Below, piece after piece: positions 1-9,032 of a stretch of DNA of 40,421 bases. The position numbers and the translations under genes were made by a program. Below the pieces are notes generated by a model. The model did not search any database. It was given only the letters and a program-made list of their open reading frames with translations, and was not told the origin of the DNA. Source of the stretch: a bacterium (lineage in GTDB: Bacteria > Patescibacteriota > Minisyncoccia > UBA6257 > GWB1-50-10); NCBI GenBank assembly GCA_021814545.1, contig JAKAID010000003.1, forward strand, positions 1-40,421. Direction: 5' to 3'. Position 1 is the first letter of the stretch, and each line of letters opens with the position of its first letter.

Positions 1-399
1 TTTTTCTACCGCAAGATAGTTGCCATACCCCTGCAGTGAAAAATCATATTTCGCATCTATCGCGTACAATTGCAAATTCACCACATCTCCCTTTTTCACG
101 GTGATAGAGTTCGGATTAAAACCGCTTGCGGTCGCTTGTATCGCATAGTGGCCGTAAATACTCCCTCCGCCGCTTGGTGCCGGCGTCACTACGCCCACCG
201 GCTTCGTAACAGCCGCATCTTTCGGCACTTCGGGAGAAAATACCATGGGTGTGGTTGAGGTTGCGCCTTTCTTTTCCAGAATATCGAGACCGGTCACGGG
301 CGATTTCGGCAGTGGTTTTGTTGCAAATAAGCCGAGCTCGAATAATACGAATGCCAAAACCGCCAAGCCAACGATAACGAGTATCTGCTTTCTCGACAT
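1..399 (-). CDS. Partial CDS (C-terminus lies beyond the window start): membrane-anchored protein with a cupredoxin-like region
   Basis: Absent from the ORF track because there is no stop inside the window. A minus-strand ATG at 399-397 opens a frame that stays open to nt 1: MSRKQILVIVGLAVLAFVLFELGLFATKPLPKSP...IQATASGFNPNSITVKKGDVVNLQLYAIDAKYDFSLQGYGNYLAVEK. It has one N-terminal TM helix, then an F-x-P-x-x-I-x-V-x-x-G-D-x-V pattern common in cupredoxin-type domains. Confidence 0.5.
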   Translation of the reverse strand, partial: MSRKQILVIVGLAVLAFVLFELGLFATKPLPKSPVTGLDILEKKGATSTTPMVFSPEVPKDAAVTKPVGVVTPAPSGGGSIYGHYAIQATASGFNPNSITVKKGDVVNLQLYAIDAKYDFSLQGYGNYLAVEK

Positions 400-485
400 A
401 CCCTAATTGTATCAGATTGAAATTGCATTTTTTTGTGAACAACGTCATACTTTTTTTAGCTTTTTCATACCACAAGGAGGTGATT

Positions 486-764
486 TTGAACGTTTTCATT
501 CTCGCCGCGTATATTACCGCGATTTTTTTCGGCTCGGCGTATGGCGAATCGCGGCAATTCCTTCGTGTAACAGTATTCGGCAGGACCCTTGTGCGGCAAT
601 GGGCGCATTTCTGCATACTCGCCTATTTTATCCCCGCACTCACGTTCCGCCTTGAGTGGTTCGCGGCGACGGCGGTCGCTCCCGCGATTATCCACCTTCA
701 GCTCCTCGGCTTCGCGTTCTCGACAAGCGCCGCCATCACGTACTTCGTATACCGGAGGCGCTGA
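486..764 (+). CDS. Small hydrophobic membrane protein (about 3 TM segments), unknown function
   Basis: Same frame as ORF-track 417..764. AAGGAGG at 474-480 lies 5 nt upstream of an in-frame TTG at 486, so I place the start there; the ORF-track start at 417 is the alternative. A hairpin plus T-run terminator follows at 769-804. Confidence 0.4.
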   Translation: MNVFILAAYITAIFFGSAYGESRQFLRVTVFGRTLVRQWAHFCILAYFIPALTFRLEWFAATAVAPAIIHLQLLGFAFSTSAAITYFVYRRR

Positions 765-768
765 ATAA

Positions 769-804
769 ACCCCGCCACTCGCACGGAGAGGCGGGGTGTT
801 TTTA
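769..804 (+). terminator. Rho-independent terminator
   Basis: ACCCCGCC (769-776) pairs with GGCGGGGT (790-797), followed by a T-run at 799-804. Confidence 0.7.
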
Positions 805-817
805 TACAGTGGTAGTT

Positions 818-823
818 TATAAT
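818..823 (+). promoter_or_regulatory. -10 box TATAAT 10 nt upstream of the ATG at 834 (candidate leaderless promoter)
   Basis: Exact TATAAT. The 10 nt between it and the ATG contain no GGAGG. Confidence 0.35.
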
Positions 824-833
824 TGAGATACCT

Positions 834-1832
834 ATGCCTGACCGAAAGGTCCACTGGTCTGCGGTGCTTGCCCTCACGCTCGTGCTCCTCGCGGGTGCTG
901 CGTTCTTGCTGCGCCGCGCGGGCGCCGCCACCAATATCAGCGCGCTCATTTCCGAGCACTTCGCCTGGGATGATGTCGCCGGCTGGCTCGACCACTATTC
1001 AACGAATACGGTACAACTCGCGGGTTCTGCAATGTTCGGATACGCAAGTTCATCGCTGGGCGCGTTCTCATTCGATTGCTCGACTTCGCCGAGCGGCAAT
1101 ATCTGTGCGAGCTCGAACTATGGCGTCTGCAATGGCCTCGCAGGTATTCACCAGTCGGATGGTACCTGCACTAACGCGGATGCGTCGGGCTGGCTCTCGG
1201 GATACGCGTGGAATGACTACGCGGGGTGGGTCAGCTTTAGCTGTCAGAATACGAACCCGGGCTGCGGCACGCCAGGGAGCCCTGGTTATTGGGGCGTGAC
1301 CGTGGACTCCCTTTCGGGAACCTTCAGCGGATATGCCTGGAGCGACATCGACGGCTGGATAAGCTTCAATTGCGCGAATAATTCGAGCTGCGGCACCTCG
1401 AACTACAAGGTAGTGAGCAGCTGGCGCGCAACCTCTTCGGTCGCCTACCTCGAATCCGCGACCGTCGACACGCAGTCGGTGGGCGGCGCAACCCTGAACA
1501 GCATCACCTGGCTCGGCGTACAAAACGCGAACGGCACGAACCAGCAGACCTATGTCGACTTCCAGGTCGCTGCCTCATCGAGTTCTGCCGGTCCGTGGAG
1601 CTTCGTGGGGCCAAGCGGCACTTCGCTTGATTACTACAGCGCACCGTGTGCCGCGGGCTACCGCGGCGGCATCAACTCCGGCGGCAACGCCCCCCCCTCG
1701 ACCCCCATTTGCGTAGATCCCGTTCAAGTGAATAATATGAGATATCTCCGCTACCGCGTCCGCTTGAGGAGCAACCTCCTCCAGACCGACACCCCGCGTA
1801 TCGACAACGTTATTCTGAACTGGAGCAAGTAA
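834..1832 (+). CDS. Secreted or membrane-anchored repeat protein with G-[YW]-A-W-x(3,5)-G-W-[IVL]-S-F motifs
   Basis: There is an N-terminal hydrophobic segment, HWSAVLALTLVLLAGAAFLL. Repeated motifs are HFAWDDVAGWLDH, GYAWNDYAGWVSFSC and GYAWSDIDGWISFNC. The protein is Cys-, Ser- and Gly-rich. Confidence 0.8.
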   Translation: MPDRKVHWSAVLALTLVLLAGAAFLLRRAGAATNISALISEHFAWDDVAGWLDHYSTNTVQLAGSAMFGYASSSLGAFSFDCSTSPSGNICASSNYGVCNGLAGIHQSDGTCTNADASGWLSGYAWNDYAGWVSFSCQNTNPGCGTPGSPGYWGVTVDSLSGTFSGYAWSDIDGWISFNCANNSSCGTSNYKVVSSWRATSSVAYLESATVDTQSVGGATLNSITWLGVQNANGTNQQTYVDFQVAASSSSAGPWSFVGPSGTSLDYYSAPCAAGYRGGINSGGNAPPSTPICVDPVQVNNMRYLRYRVRLRSNLLQTDTPRIDNVILNWSK

Positions 1833-1839
1833 TCCCTTT

Positions 1840-3279
1840 ATGAAATTATTCAACACGCTCTCGGGCAAAAAAGAGGAGGTGGAACGCCCCGAAGGGCGCC
1901 CTCTCAACATCTTCGTGTGCGGCCCGACCGTCTATGATGCCGCGCACCTCGGCCATGCCCGCACCTATATCGCCTTTGATGCGCTTGTGCGTTTTCTCCG
2001 CGCAGAGGGGTGGCAGGTTTTCTATCTGCAGAACATCACCGACGTGGATGACAAAATAATCGACCGTGCGCGCGAAGCGGATACTACTCCCGCAAAACTT
2101 GCGAAAGAATATGAGCGTGCCTATCAGCGCACCATGAAACACATCGGCGTGCGCTCGGTCGATACCTACGCGCCCGCGAGCAAGTTCATCCCGCAAATCG
2201 TCTCCCAAGTGGAACGGCTCATCGCGAAAGGGTTCGCCTACCGCATTGAAGAGAGCGGCTACTACTTCGACATCACCACCTTCCCCGACTATGGCAAACT
2301 CTCCGGCCGTACTGCGACCCAGGCGGAAGATGCGGTAACGCGCATCGACGAACAAATCGCGAAAAAGAACCGCGGCGATTTCGCGCTCTGGAAATTCATC
2401 GATGCGCATCCCCGCAACGCCTCAAAAAAATTCATGCTGGTGAACGGCGAACCTGCGTGGCGCGCCTCGGTCGGGTGGGGCCGCCCCGGCTGGCACATCG
2501 AGGACACTGCCATCACCGAGGCACTCTTCGGTCCGCAGTACGACATTCACGGCGGTGCAGAAGACCTCAAATTCCCCCATCATGAAGCGGAGATTGCACA
2601 GCAGGAGGCGGCGTCCGGCAAAAAACCCTTCGTGAAGCTCTGGCTCCACACAGGCTTTATGCGCGTGCGCGGCGAGAAGATGTCGAAGAGCCTCAAGAAT
2701 TTCGTGACCATCGAACAATTCCTCGCGACGTACCCCGCGCTGGTACTCCGCTGGCTCGTACTCTCCCACCATTATCGCTCCCCCATTAATTTTGACGATG
2801 CCACGATAGAGCAGGCCGTTCGCTCGGTCGCCTCGCTGCAGGAAACGCTCGACAAGCTCCTCTTCATTTCAAGGAAGGGCATGCGCATCGGTGCACCGGA
2901 CAGAATGTTCATGTTCGATGAACAATCGCTTGAAGCTCGGTGGCATGCGGCGCTCCTTGATGATTTCAATACACCGGAGGCCTTTGCCGCCGTATTCGCT
3001 TTCATTAATGAACTGAACCCCCACCTCTGGAAACTCTCCCGCAAGGAGGCAAAGACCGCGCTCGGACAGATCGTCAACGCCTTCGAAATGCTCGGCATCG
3101 AATTTGTGCCGGAAAAAGCTACCCGCGAGGCGGAGGCGCTCGCCAACGAACGGGAGTTATACAGAGGAAGTAAACAGTTTACGCAGGCCGATGCTTTGCG
3201 GAAGGACGTACTTGGTTTAGGATACACAGTAGACGACACGCCTCTCGGGCCCTTCGTGAGGCGCACGCCGAAATCGTAG
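1840..3279 (+). CDS. cysS: Cysteine--tRNA ligase
   Basis: Class I motifs HLGHARTY (HIGH-type) and KMSKS are present. The N-terminus MKLFNTLSGKKE and the length (479 aa) are typical of CysRS. Confidence 0.95.
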   Translation: MKLFNTLSGKKEEVERPEGRPLNIFVCGPTVYDAAHLGHARTYIAFDALVRFLRAEGWQVFYLQNITDVDDKIIDRAREADTTPAKLAKEYERAYQRTMKHIGVRSVDTYAPASKFIPQIVSQVERLIAKGFAYRIEESGYYFDITTFPDYGKLSGRTATQAEDAVTRIDEQIAKKNRGDFALWKFIDAHPRNASKKFMLVNGEPAWRASVGWGRPGWHIEDTAITEALFGPQYDIHGGAEDLKFPHHEAEIAQQEAASGKKPFVKLWLHTGFMRVRGEKMSKSLKNFVTIEQFLATYPALVLRWLVLSHHYRSPINFDDATIEQAVRSVASLQETLDKLLFISRKGMRIGAPDRMFMFDEQSLEARWHAALLDDFNTPEAFAAVFAFINELNPHLWKLSRKEAKTALGQIVNAFEMLGIEFVPEKATREAEALANERELYRGSKQFTQADALRKDVLGLGYTVDDTPLGPFVRRTPKS

Positions 3280-3282
3280 CCT

Positions 3283-4641
3283 ATGCCGCACACTAAGAAG
3301 CCCGGATTTAAAGTTCCCCCGCAGGACCTCGATGCCGAAGTATCCGTGTTGGGTGCCCTTCTCCTCGACAAGAACGCGGTCATCCACGTCGCGGATATCC
3401 TCTCGCCCTCCGATTTTTACCACCCGGGCCACCAAAAAATATACGAGACTATCCTCGAGCTTTTTGAGCACAGCGAACCCATCGACATCCTCACCGTTTC
3501 CCATAAATTGAAGGGAAAGAAGGCGCTTAAAGATATCGGCGGCACTGACTACCTCACCGACCTCGTTTCACGCGTGCCCACCTCGGCGCACGTCGAGCAG
3601 TACGCGAACATCGTAAAAGAAAAGCACGTACGCCGCGAAATAATCAACGCCTCGTCCGACATTAACGAGCAGGCGTTCGAGCACGCGGACTTCGAGTCCC
3701 TTCTCGACGAGGTAGAACAGAAAATATTCGGCATCTCCCAGCGCTCGCGGCCACAAAAGTTCGCGCACATTAAAGAAGACCTCCCTGCCGCGTATGAGCG
3801 CCTTGAGAAGCTTCACCAGGGCGACCACGGCACACTCCGCGGCGTTCCCTCATACTTCACAAGACTCGACAATCTCCTTTCGGGCTTCCAGCGTTCCGAC
3901 CTTATCATTCTCGGCGCGCGCCCTTCGACCGGTAAAACGGCGTTCTCGCTCGACATCGCGCGCCAGGCGGCGCTCGCGGGTCACGCGGTCGGCATCTTCT
4001 CCATTGAAATGTCGCGCGACCAGATCATCGACCGCATCATCGCGAACCAGGCACAGATACCGATGTGGCGCCTCCGGAGCGGACGGCTGAACGACGAACT
4101 CGAGTTCGCGCTCGTCCAGCAGGCGCTCGATGAGCTATCCAAGGCGCCCATTTATATCGACGACAGCTCCTCCCCCACCGTACTCCAGATGCGCTCCATT
4201 GCGCGCAAACTTCAACTTGAGCAGAAGCTCGACCTCCTTATTGTCGACTACATCCAGCTCATTAAGCCCAGCACCTCGAGCGATAACATCGTGCAGCAGG
4301 TCAGTGAAACATCGCGCGGCTTAAAAGCGCTCGCCCGCGAGCTCAATATCCCCGTCATCGCCCTTTCGCAGCTCTCGCGCGATATCGAAAAACGCGATTC
4401 AAAACTTCCCCGCCTCTCCGACCTCCGTGAATCCGGCAGTTTGGAACAGGATGCCGACGTGGTACTCTTCCTCTATCGCGAGGAGAAGGAACGCAACGAC
4501 CTCCCCGAGGGCGGGCAGGATATTTTGAACGTGCTCGTCGCGAAACACCGCAACGGGCCCACGGGTGCTCTCGAACTCAGCTTCGATAAAGAGCGCGGCC
4601 GTTTCCACAGTATCGACACCGTCCACACGCAGGAGGAATAA
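3283..4641 (+). CDS. dnaB: Replicative DNA helicase DnaB
   Basis: The N-terminus has PPQDLDAEVSVLGALLLD. A Walker A motif GARPSTGKT and the SQLSR motif are present. Length is 452 aa. Confidence 0.95.
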   Translation: MPHTKKPGFKVPPQDLDAEVSVLGALLLDKNAVIHVADILSPSDFYHPGHQKIYETILELFEHSEPIDILTVSHKLKGKKALKDIGGTDYLTDLVSRVPTSAHVEQYANIVKEKHVRREIINASSDINEQAFEHADFESLLDEVEQKIFGISQRSRPQKFAHIKEDLPAAYERLEKLHQGDHGTLRGVPSYFTRLDNLLSGFQRSDLIILGARPSTGKTAFSLDIARQAALAGHAVGIFSIEMSRDQIIDRIIANQAQIPMWRLRSGRLNDELEFALVQQALDELSKAPIYIDDSSSPTVLQMRSIARKLQLEQKLDLLIVDYIQLIKPSTSSDNIVQQVSETSRGLKALARELNIPVIALSQLSRDIEKRDSKLPRLSDLRESGSLEQDADVVLFLYREEKERNDLPEGGQDILNVLVAKHRNGPTGALELSFDKERGRFHSIDTVHTQEE

Positions 4642-4644
4642 CGC

Positions 4645-5244
4645 ATGTTTCCTGAACCCATCCGCAAATTCATCGACGTATTCTCGCGTCTCCCCTCTAT
4701 CGGCCCCCGTATGGCAACGCGGCTCGCGTTTTTCCTCATGGGGCTCGAAAAAGGCGAACGAATACGCCTGGAACACGCGCTCGCTCGCCTCAATACGCTC
4801 GACCGCTGCCCGCGCTGCTTCTTTTTGAAAAATGAAACGGAGGCGCTTTGCGACATCTGCGCCGACCCGCATCGCGACCCGCGCATCATCGCCATCGTTG
4901 AAAAGGAGCTTGATATCGTTTCGCTCGAAAAGACGGGCAAGTTCAAGGGGCATTATCTTGTCCTTGGCGACCTCCCCGAAAAGGGCACACTCATGAGCAT
5001 CCACAAACTTCGGCTTAAGCACCTCGAGGAACGTATACGGAACGAGCTCGGCGGCAAGGCGAAAGAAATAGTCGCCGCGCTCTCTCCCACTGCATTCGGC
5101 GATTTCGTTACCAGTATCGTCGCACAAGAATTCAAGGGCCTCGCGGAACGCGTAACGCGTCTTGGCCGCGGGATTCCCACCGGCGGCGAAATAGAATTCG
5201 CCGACGAAGACACGCTCGGCAGCGCACTCGAGCGGAGGATCTGA
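4645..5244 (+). CDS. recR: Recombination protein RecR
   Basis: A helix-hairpin-helix LPSIGPRMATRLAFFL and a C4 zinc finger CPRC...CDIC are present, with a Toprim-like C-terminal half. Length is 199 aa. Confidence 0.95.
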   Translation: MFPEPIRKFIDVFSRLPSIGPRMATRLAFFLMGLEKGERIRLEHALARLNTLDRCPRCFFLKNETEALCDICADPHRDPRIIAIVEKELDIVSLEKTGKFKGHYLVLGDLPEKGTLMSIHKLRLKHLEERIRNELGGKAKEIVAALSPTAFGDFVTSIVAQEFKGLAERVTRLGRGIPTGGEIEFADEDTLGSALERRI

Positions 5245-5368
5245 TGGCGGGAAACTAATAGAAGGCCCGGCCCGATAGCCTTGCGAAGGGTAAGACTTGG
5301 GCGTCGCCCCGGAGACACCCTGAGCAAGGGTGTCGGGCGGGCTTTCATACGCCATATTGGACACGAAC

Positions 5369-5395
5369 AAAAACCCGCGCGATGCGCGGGTTTTT
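5369..5395. terminator. Bidirectional terminator between convergent recR and rplU
   Basis: AAAAA-CCCGCGC-GAT-GCGCGGG-TTTTT; the stem arms are 5374-5380 and 5384-5390. Confidence 0.75.
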
Positions 5396-5396
5396 G

Positions 5397-5705
5397 CTAC
5401 ACGTTCACTATTTCAACTTCGGTGAAGTGCTGGCGATGACCCTTCTTCCTGCGGGTGCGCGCCTTTGAACTATACTTGAAGATTATCTTCTTCTCGCCGC
5501 GGCCCTGGGACACTATCTTCCCCGCCACCTCGGCACCCTTCACCAAGGGTGTGCCCACGGACACAGAATCTTTGTCAGCGGTCAGGAGGACCTTGTCGAA
5601 CGACACGGCCACACCCTTCTCGCCCTCAAGCTTCTCTATTTTTATTTTGCTTCCCTTGCGGACCTTGTATTGCTTTCCGCCGGTTTCGATTATCGCAAAC
5701 GCCAT
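5397..5705 (-). CDS. rplU: 50S ribosomal protein L21
   Basis: The N-terminus MAFAIIETGGKQYKV is classic for L21. Length is 102 aa. Confidence 0.95.
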   Translation of the reverse strand: MAFAIIETGGKQYKVRKGSKIKIEKLEGEKGVAVSFDKVLLTADKDSVSVGTPLVKGAEVAGKIVSQGRGEKKIIFKYSSKARTRRKKGHRQHFTEVEIVNV

Positions 5706-5715
5706 AATAGGTAAT

Positions 5716-5744
5716 AGATTACCCTGAACCGTTAATTATTTCAA
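5716..5744 (-). promoter_or_regulatory. Candidate promoter for rplU: TTGAAA, 17-nt spacer, TAATCT, then 10 nt to the ATG
   Basis: On the minus strand the -35 TTGAAA is at 5744-5739 and the -10 TAATCT is at 5721-5716. The ATG is at 5705. Confidence 0.35.
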
Positions 5745-5753
5745 GTCCCTCTA

Positions 5754-5782
5754 CAAAAATCCCGCCATCGGGGCGGGATTTT
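5754..5782 (-). terminator. Rho-independent terminator after the 5803..6480 gene
   Basis: AAATCCCGCC (5757-5766) pairs with GGCGGGATTT (5772-5781). A T-run follows on the minus strand. Confidence 0.7.
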
Positions 5783-5802
5783 CGAAAACAACCCGAATGC
5801 GG

Positions 5803-6480
5803 TTATTCCACGCGCTCTTTCAAGCGGTTCAGGAGGTGCTGTGCATAGTCCTTGCCGCCAAGGCCGAATGCGAGACCGCCCGCGATAGCGAGCATCGCCA
5901 CGAATCCAGTCACGAGCGACTGGATGATGGCGACCGCAATACCGAGCTGTGAGAGCGCGGTAAGGAAGCCAAACACCACGACCGCCCACCAGGTGAGCTG
6001 GCTCAAGAAGTTAGCCGCGTGCAGGCGCGCGCTGCGCACCGACGCACCCACCACCTTCCTCAAAAGGTTTGCGATGATTACCGTCGCGAGCATCACGAGC
6101 ACCGCTACGATCACGTTCGGGATGTAGAGGAGAATGTCGCGGAGGAAGTTCGAGAGCGAGTAAAAGCCGAGGATATCGGTCGCCGCGAGGAGGAAAACCA
6201 CCACGAGGAACCAATACACGACCTTACCGAAGAACTTACCGCTGTTCACCTGCAACCCCGCACGCTCAAAGTACTCCTTGAGGCCAAGGCTCAAGAGCGC
6301 CTTGTCGAGCTTCACGAGATTTACTACCCGCTCCACCAACGCGCCCAAACCGCCCGCCACGATGAGGCCGATGAGAAGCACCACAAGCGCCCCCAAGACG
6401 TTCGCCAACACCGAAATCGTGCCATTCCACAAATTCTGCAAAGAGGTTACCACTACTGACGTCCAATCTTGAAATACCAT
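5803..6480 (-). CDS. Polytopic membrane protein, resembling CmpX-type 'conserved TM helix repeat' proteins
   Basis: 225 aa with several hydrophobic helices. The N-terminus QNLWNGTISVLANVLGALVVLLIGLIVAG resembles the TM-helix repeat seen N-terminal to mechanosensitive-channel-like proteins. This rests on motif memory only. Confidence 0.6.
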   Translation of the reverse strand: MVFQDWTSVVVTSLQNLWNGTISVLANVLGALVVLLIGLIVAGGLGALVERVVNLVKLDKALLSLGLKEYFERAGLQVNSGKFFGKVVYWFLVVVFLLAATDILGFYSLSNFLRDILLYIPNVIVAVLVMLATVIIANLLRKVVGASVRSARLHAANFLSQLTWWAVVVFGFLTALSQLGIAVAIIQSLVTGFVAMLAIAGGLAFGLGGKDYAQHLLNRLKERVE

Positions 6481-6580
6481 AGTTATTTTGTTGTTTTTTT
6501 ATTGATGAATACTTACTCTGGCTGTCGACCTTTTTATATTTCGCTTATCATTATAGCATACGAATGAACAGGAACTTCAT

Positions 6581-7261
6581 ATGAAACTGAAGGCCAATCT
6601 CCATCTCCATGCAAGCGATGACACCGAGGATTCCATCAATTACTCGTTCATTGATGCGCTCAATGAGGCTCAAAAGCTTGGGTTTTCCGTGCTTACCCTT
6701 ACCTGCCACAATACGCTCGTCGACAAGCCTGAATACCACGCGGAAGCGGAAAGGCGCAGTATTCTTTTCATCCCCGGCATCGAACGCACGATTGAGGGGA
6801 AGCATGTGGTGATACTGAACCCCACCGCGGAGGTCATGCGCGTGCGGACCTTTGCCGAACTCGCCGCGTACAAGCGCGCCCACCCGCAGATATTCATCAT
6901 CGCACCGCACCCGTACCTCGGCGCACGCTATTCGTTGAACGACGAGCTCTTCCGCCACCCATCTCTTTTCGATGCAGTGGAACAGACTTGGTTCTATTCA
7001 ACGTTCTACAATCCGAACAAAAAAGCGGCAGCAGCTGCCGCGCGCCTCTCGCTCCCCCTTATTGCGACCTCTGATACGCACGACCTCCGCTTCTTGAACG
7101 TAAGCTATGCCGAAGTCGAAGTTGCCGAACAATCCATCCCCGCGCTCTTTGCCGCCATCCGCAACCGGCGATTCAACAACGTGTCCTCGAAGCGGAGCCT
7201 CATCTTTGAGCTCGTCCCCTACGTACTCGTCCACCTCTACCGTTTCTACACGGGCTGTTAG
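6581..7261 (+). CDS. PHP-domain metal-dependent phosphoesterase
   Basis: NLHLHASDD lies near the N-terminus and ATSDTHD near the C-terminus, as is typical of PHP-family His/Asp metal ligands. Length is 226 aa. Confidence 0.7.
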   Translation: MKLKANLHLHASDDTEDSINYSFIDALNEAQKLGFSVLTLTCHNTLVDKPEYHAEAERRSILFIPGIERTIEGKHVVILNPTAEVMRVRTFAELAAYKRAHPQIFIIAPHPYLGARYSLNDELFRHPSLFDAVEQTWFYSTFYNPNKKAAAAAARLSLPLIATSDTHDLRFLNVSYAEVEVAEQSIPALFAAIRNRRFNNVSSKRSLIFELVPYVLVHLYRFYTGC

Positions 7262-8949
7262 ATGAGAATTTCTGCCTGATTCTTCAGGTTCTTCAGAAGC
7301 GACATATCCTTCGCTTTGAGCTGCTCCAAAATCTTCATCTCCGGGTCTATCGCGATAGTCTTTCCGAAATATTGGCCGGAGGTAAGGTGCGGGAACAGGA
7401 CATAGTCCGCGCCCGCGTGGTAGAGCGCTTCTGCGTCGCGTTCCGTTTCCGCGCGCACAACAAGCTTCGGACGTTTTTCATGGTGCTTCATTGCCGCAAT
7501 AAGCGCGCGGTTGTCCTCATAATCAGGGCTCGTTGAAATAACGAGCTCCGCCTCGCTCATAAAGGGCGAGGAAAAAATCTCAGGGTCCGCGATATCGCCA
7601 AATACATGGTGATACCCGCCCCGCTTCAACTTCTTCACTTTCTCCGGGTCAAACTCGACGACGAGAAGCTTCTCGCGCGGCAAACCCATCGCGATGCTCT
7701 CCCCTACGCGGTGGAATCCAATGAGCACGATGGGAAACTTCTTTTCGTGGTCAACACTCCACTGTTCCGCGCTCTTTGCGCGTTCAAAGATAACGAGCCC
7801 GCGGCGCAGGAACCGGTAGATAGAATCACCGAACTGTATCATGTACGACGAGGTCACAATGGTGACGACGCCCACCGCGGTCATAAGCGAAAGTATATTA
7901 AGATCGATGTGCCCCACCGCCACGCCGAGGGTCAGCAGCACAAGGCTGAACTCCGATATCTGGGCCATCGTCATGCTTGTCATAAAGGACGTCCGCTTCC
8001 GGTATCCCATAAGCCCCATAAGCGTCATTACAATAAGCGGCTTTGCGAGCAGTACGAAAAGCGAGAATGCAAGGACCGGCAGCGCAAGCCCGCTCAAGTT
8101 CGCGAATGCCGCCTTGGCGCCTAATACCACGAAGAACGCGATAAGGAAAAAGTCGCGGAGGGGCTTAATGCGCTGCGCGATCTGGTGGTGCTCTGATGAG
8201 TTCGCAAGCGCAATACCCGCGAGGAACCCCGCTATCTCGACCGAGAATCCAATACGGGAAACGGCCGCGGCGACCGTGAATACCCACGCAAGACTCACCA
8301 GGAAGAGAAGTTCGTGTGACTGCGCGACGCGGTCGAATATCGCGGGGAGCACCTTGCGCCCGAGGTAGAGCATCACAATAAAAAGCGCGATGCCCTGAAG
8401 CACCGTGAGTCCCACGGCAACCGGCGATACCGCTTCTCCGCGCTGGATGCCCGAGAGCACCACGAGCACGAGTATCGCCACAAGGTCCTGCACAAGGAGC
8501 ATGCCTACGCTTATCTTCCCGTAAAGACTGTTCAAATCCCGCTTGTCGGAGAGGAGCTTCACCACGATAATCGTGCTCGAGAATGAGAGCGCGAGGGCAA
8601 CGTAGGCCGAAGCCATCGGCGCAAAACCGAACGCATGCGCGAGCACATACCCCGCACCGAACGTGAGCAGCAGCTGTGTAAGCCCCACGATGACCGATGC
8701 GCGCCCCACAAGCCTAAAGGTCGTGTAATCTATCTCGAGACCGACTAAGAACAGGAGCAGCATGCTCCCGAGCGCGGAAAATGTTTCAAAGGTTTCATTG
8801 CCGCCCACCGAAATAAACCCGAATGCGCCGATAAGCAACCCCGTCGCCAAATATGCGAGAATGGTCGGCTGGCGGAGTAATTTCGCCACCACGCCGAACG
8901 CGGCGCCTATCAGCACCACCATCGCTAAGTCAAATATCGCGTTCGTCAT
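7258..8949 (-). CDS. Kef-type monovalent cation:proton antiporter with a C-terminal TrkA-N (NAD-binding) domain
   Basis: An approximately 390-aa polytopic Na+/H+-exchanger-like domain is followed by VLIGFHRVGESI (a Rossmann-type motif) and a soluble tail. Length is 563 aa. Confidence 0.85.
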   Translation of the reverse strand: MTNAIFDLAMVVLIGAAFGVVAKLLRQPTILAYLATGLLIGAFGFISVGGNETFETFSALGSMLLLFLVGLEIDYTTFRLVGRASVIVGLTQLLLTFGAGYVLAHAFGFAPMASAYVALALSFSSTIIVVKLLSDKRDLNSLYGKISVGMLLVQDLVAILVLVVLSGIQRGEAVSPVAVGLTVLQGIALFIVMLYLGRKVLPAIFDRVAQSHELLFLVSLAWVFTVAAAVSRIGFSVEIAGFLAGIALANSSEHHQIAQRIKPLRDFFLIAFFVVLGAKAAFANLSGLALPVLAFSLFVLLAKPLIVMTLMGLMGYRKRTSFMTSMTMAQISEFSLVLLTLGVAVGHIDLNILSLMTAVGVVTIVTSSYMIQFGDSIYRFLRRGLVIFERAKSAEQWSVDHEKKFPIVLIGFHRVGESIAMGLPREKLLVVEFDPEKVKKLKRGGYHHVFGDIADPEIFSSPFMSEAELVISTSPDYEDNRALIAAMKHHEKRPKLVVRAETERDAEALYHAGADYVLFPHLTSGQYFGKTIAIDPEMKILEQLKAKDMSLLKNLKNQAEILI

Positions 8950-8958
8950 TCAATTTTC

Positions 8959-8964
8959 ATTTTA
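8959..8964 (-). promoter_or_regulatory. -10-like TAAAAT 9 nt upstream of the ATG at 8949
   Basis: The minus strand reads GTGTAAAATGAAAATTGA-ATG. There is no Shine-Dalgarno sequence. Confidence 0.3.
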
Positions 8965-9002
8965 CACGGGATTCCCCCGCTCCGCCCGTCTCCTCATGTG
9001 GA

Positions 9003-9028
9003 CAAAAAGCCCCCGGTCGCGGGGGCTT
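9003..9028 (-). terminator. Rho-independent terminator after the cupin gene
   Basis: AAGCCCCCG (9007-9015) pairs with CGGGGGCTT (9020-9028). A T-run follows on the minus strand. Confidence 0.75.
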
Positions 9029-9032
9029 CTTT

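Noticed and set aside
5261-5346. The possibility that the structured recR-rplU intergenic segment is SRP (4.5S) RNA, tmRNA or RNase P RNA.
   Set aside because: It is too short for tmRNA or RNase P. It lacks the conserved SRP domain IV signature (GGAA tetraloop with flanking AGCA and GGAAGCAGCC-type loops).
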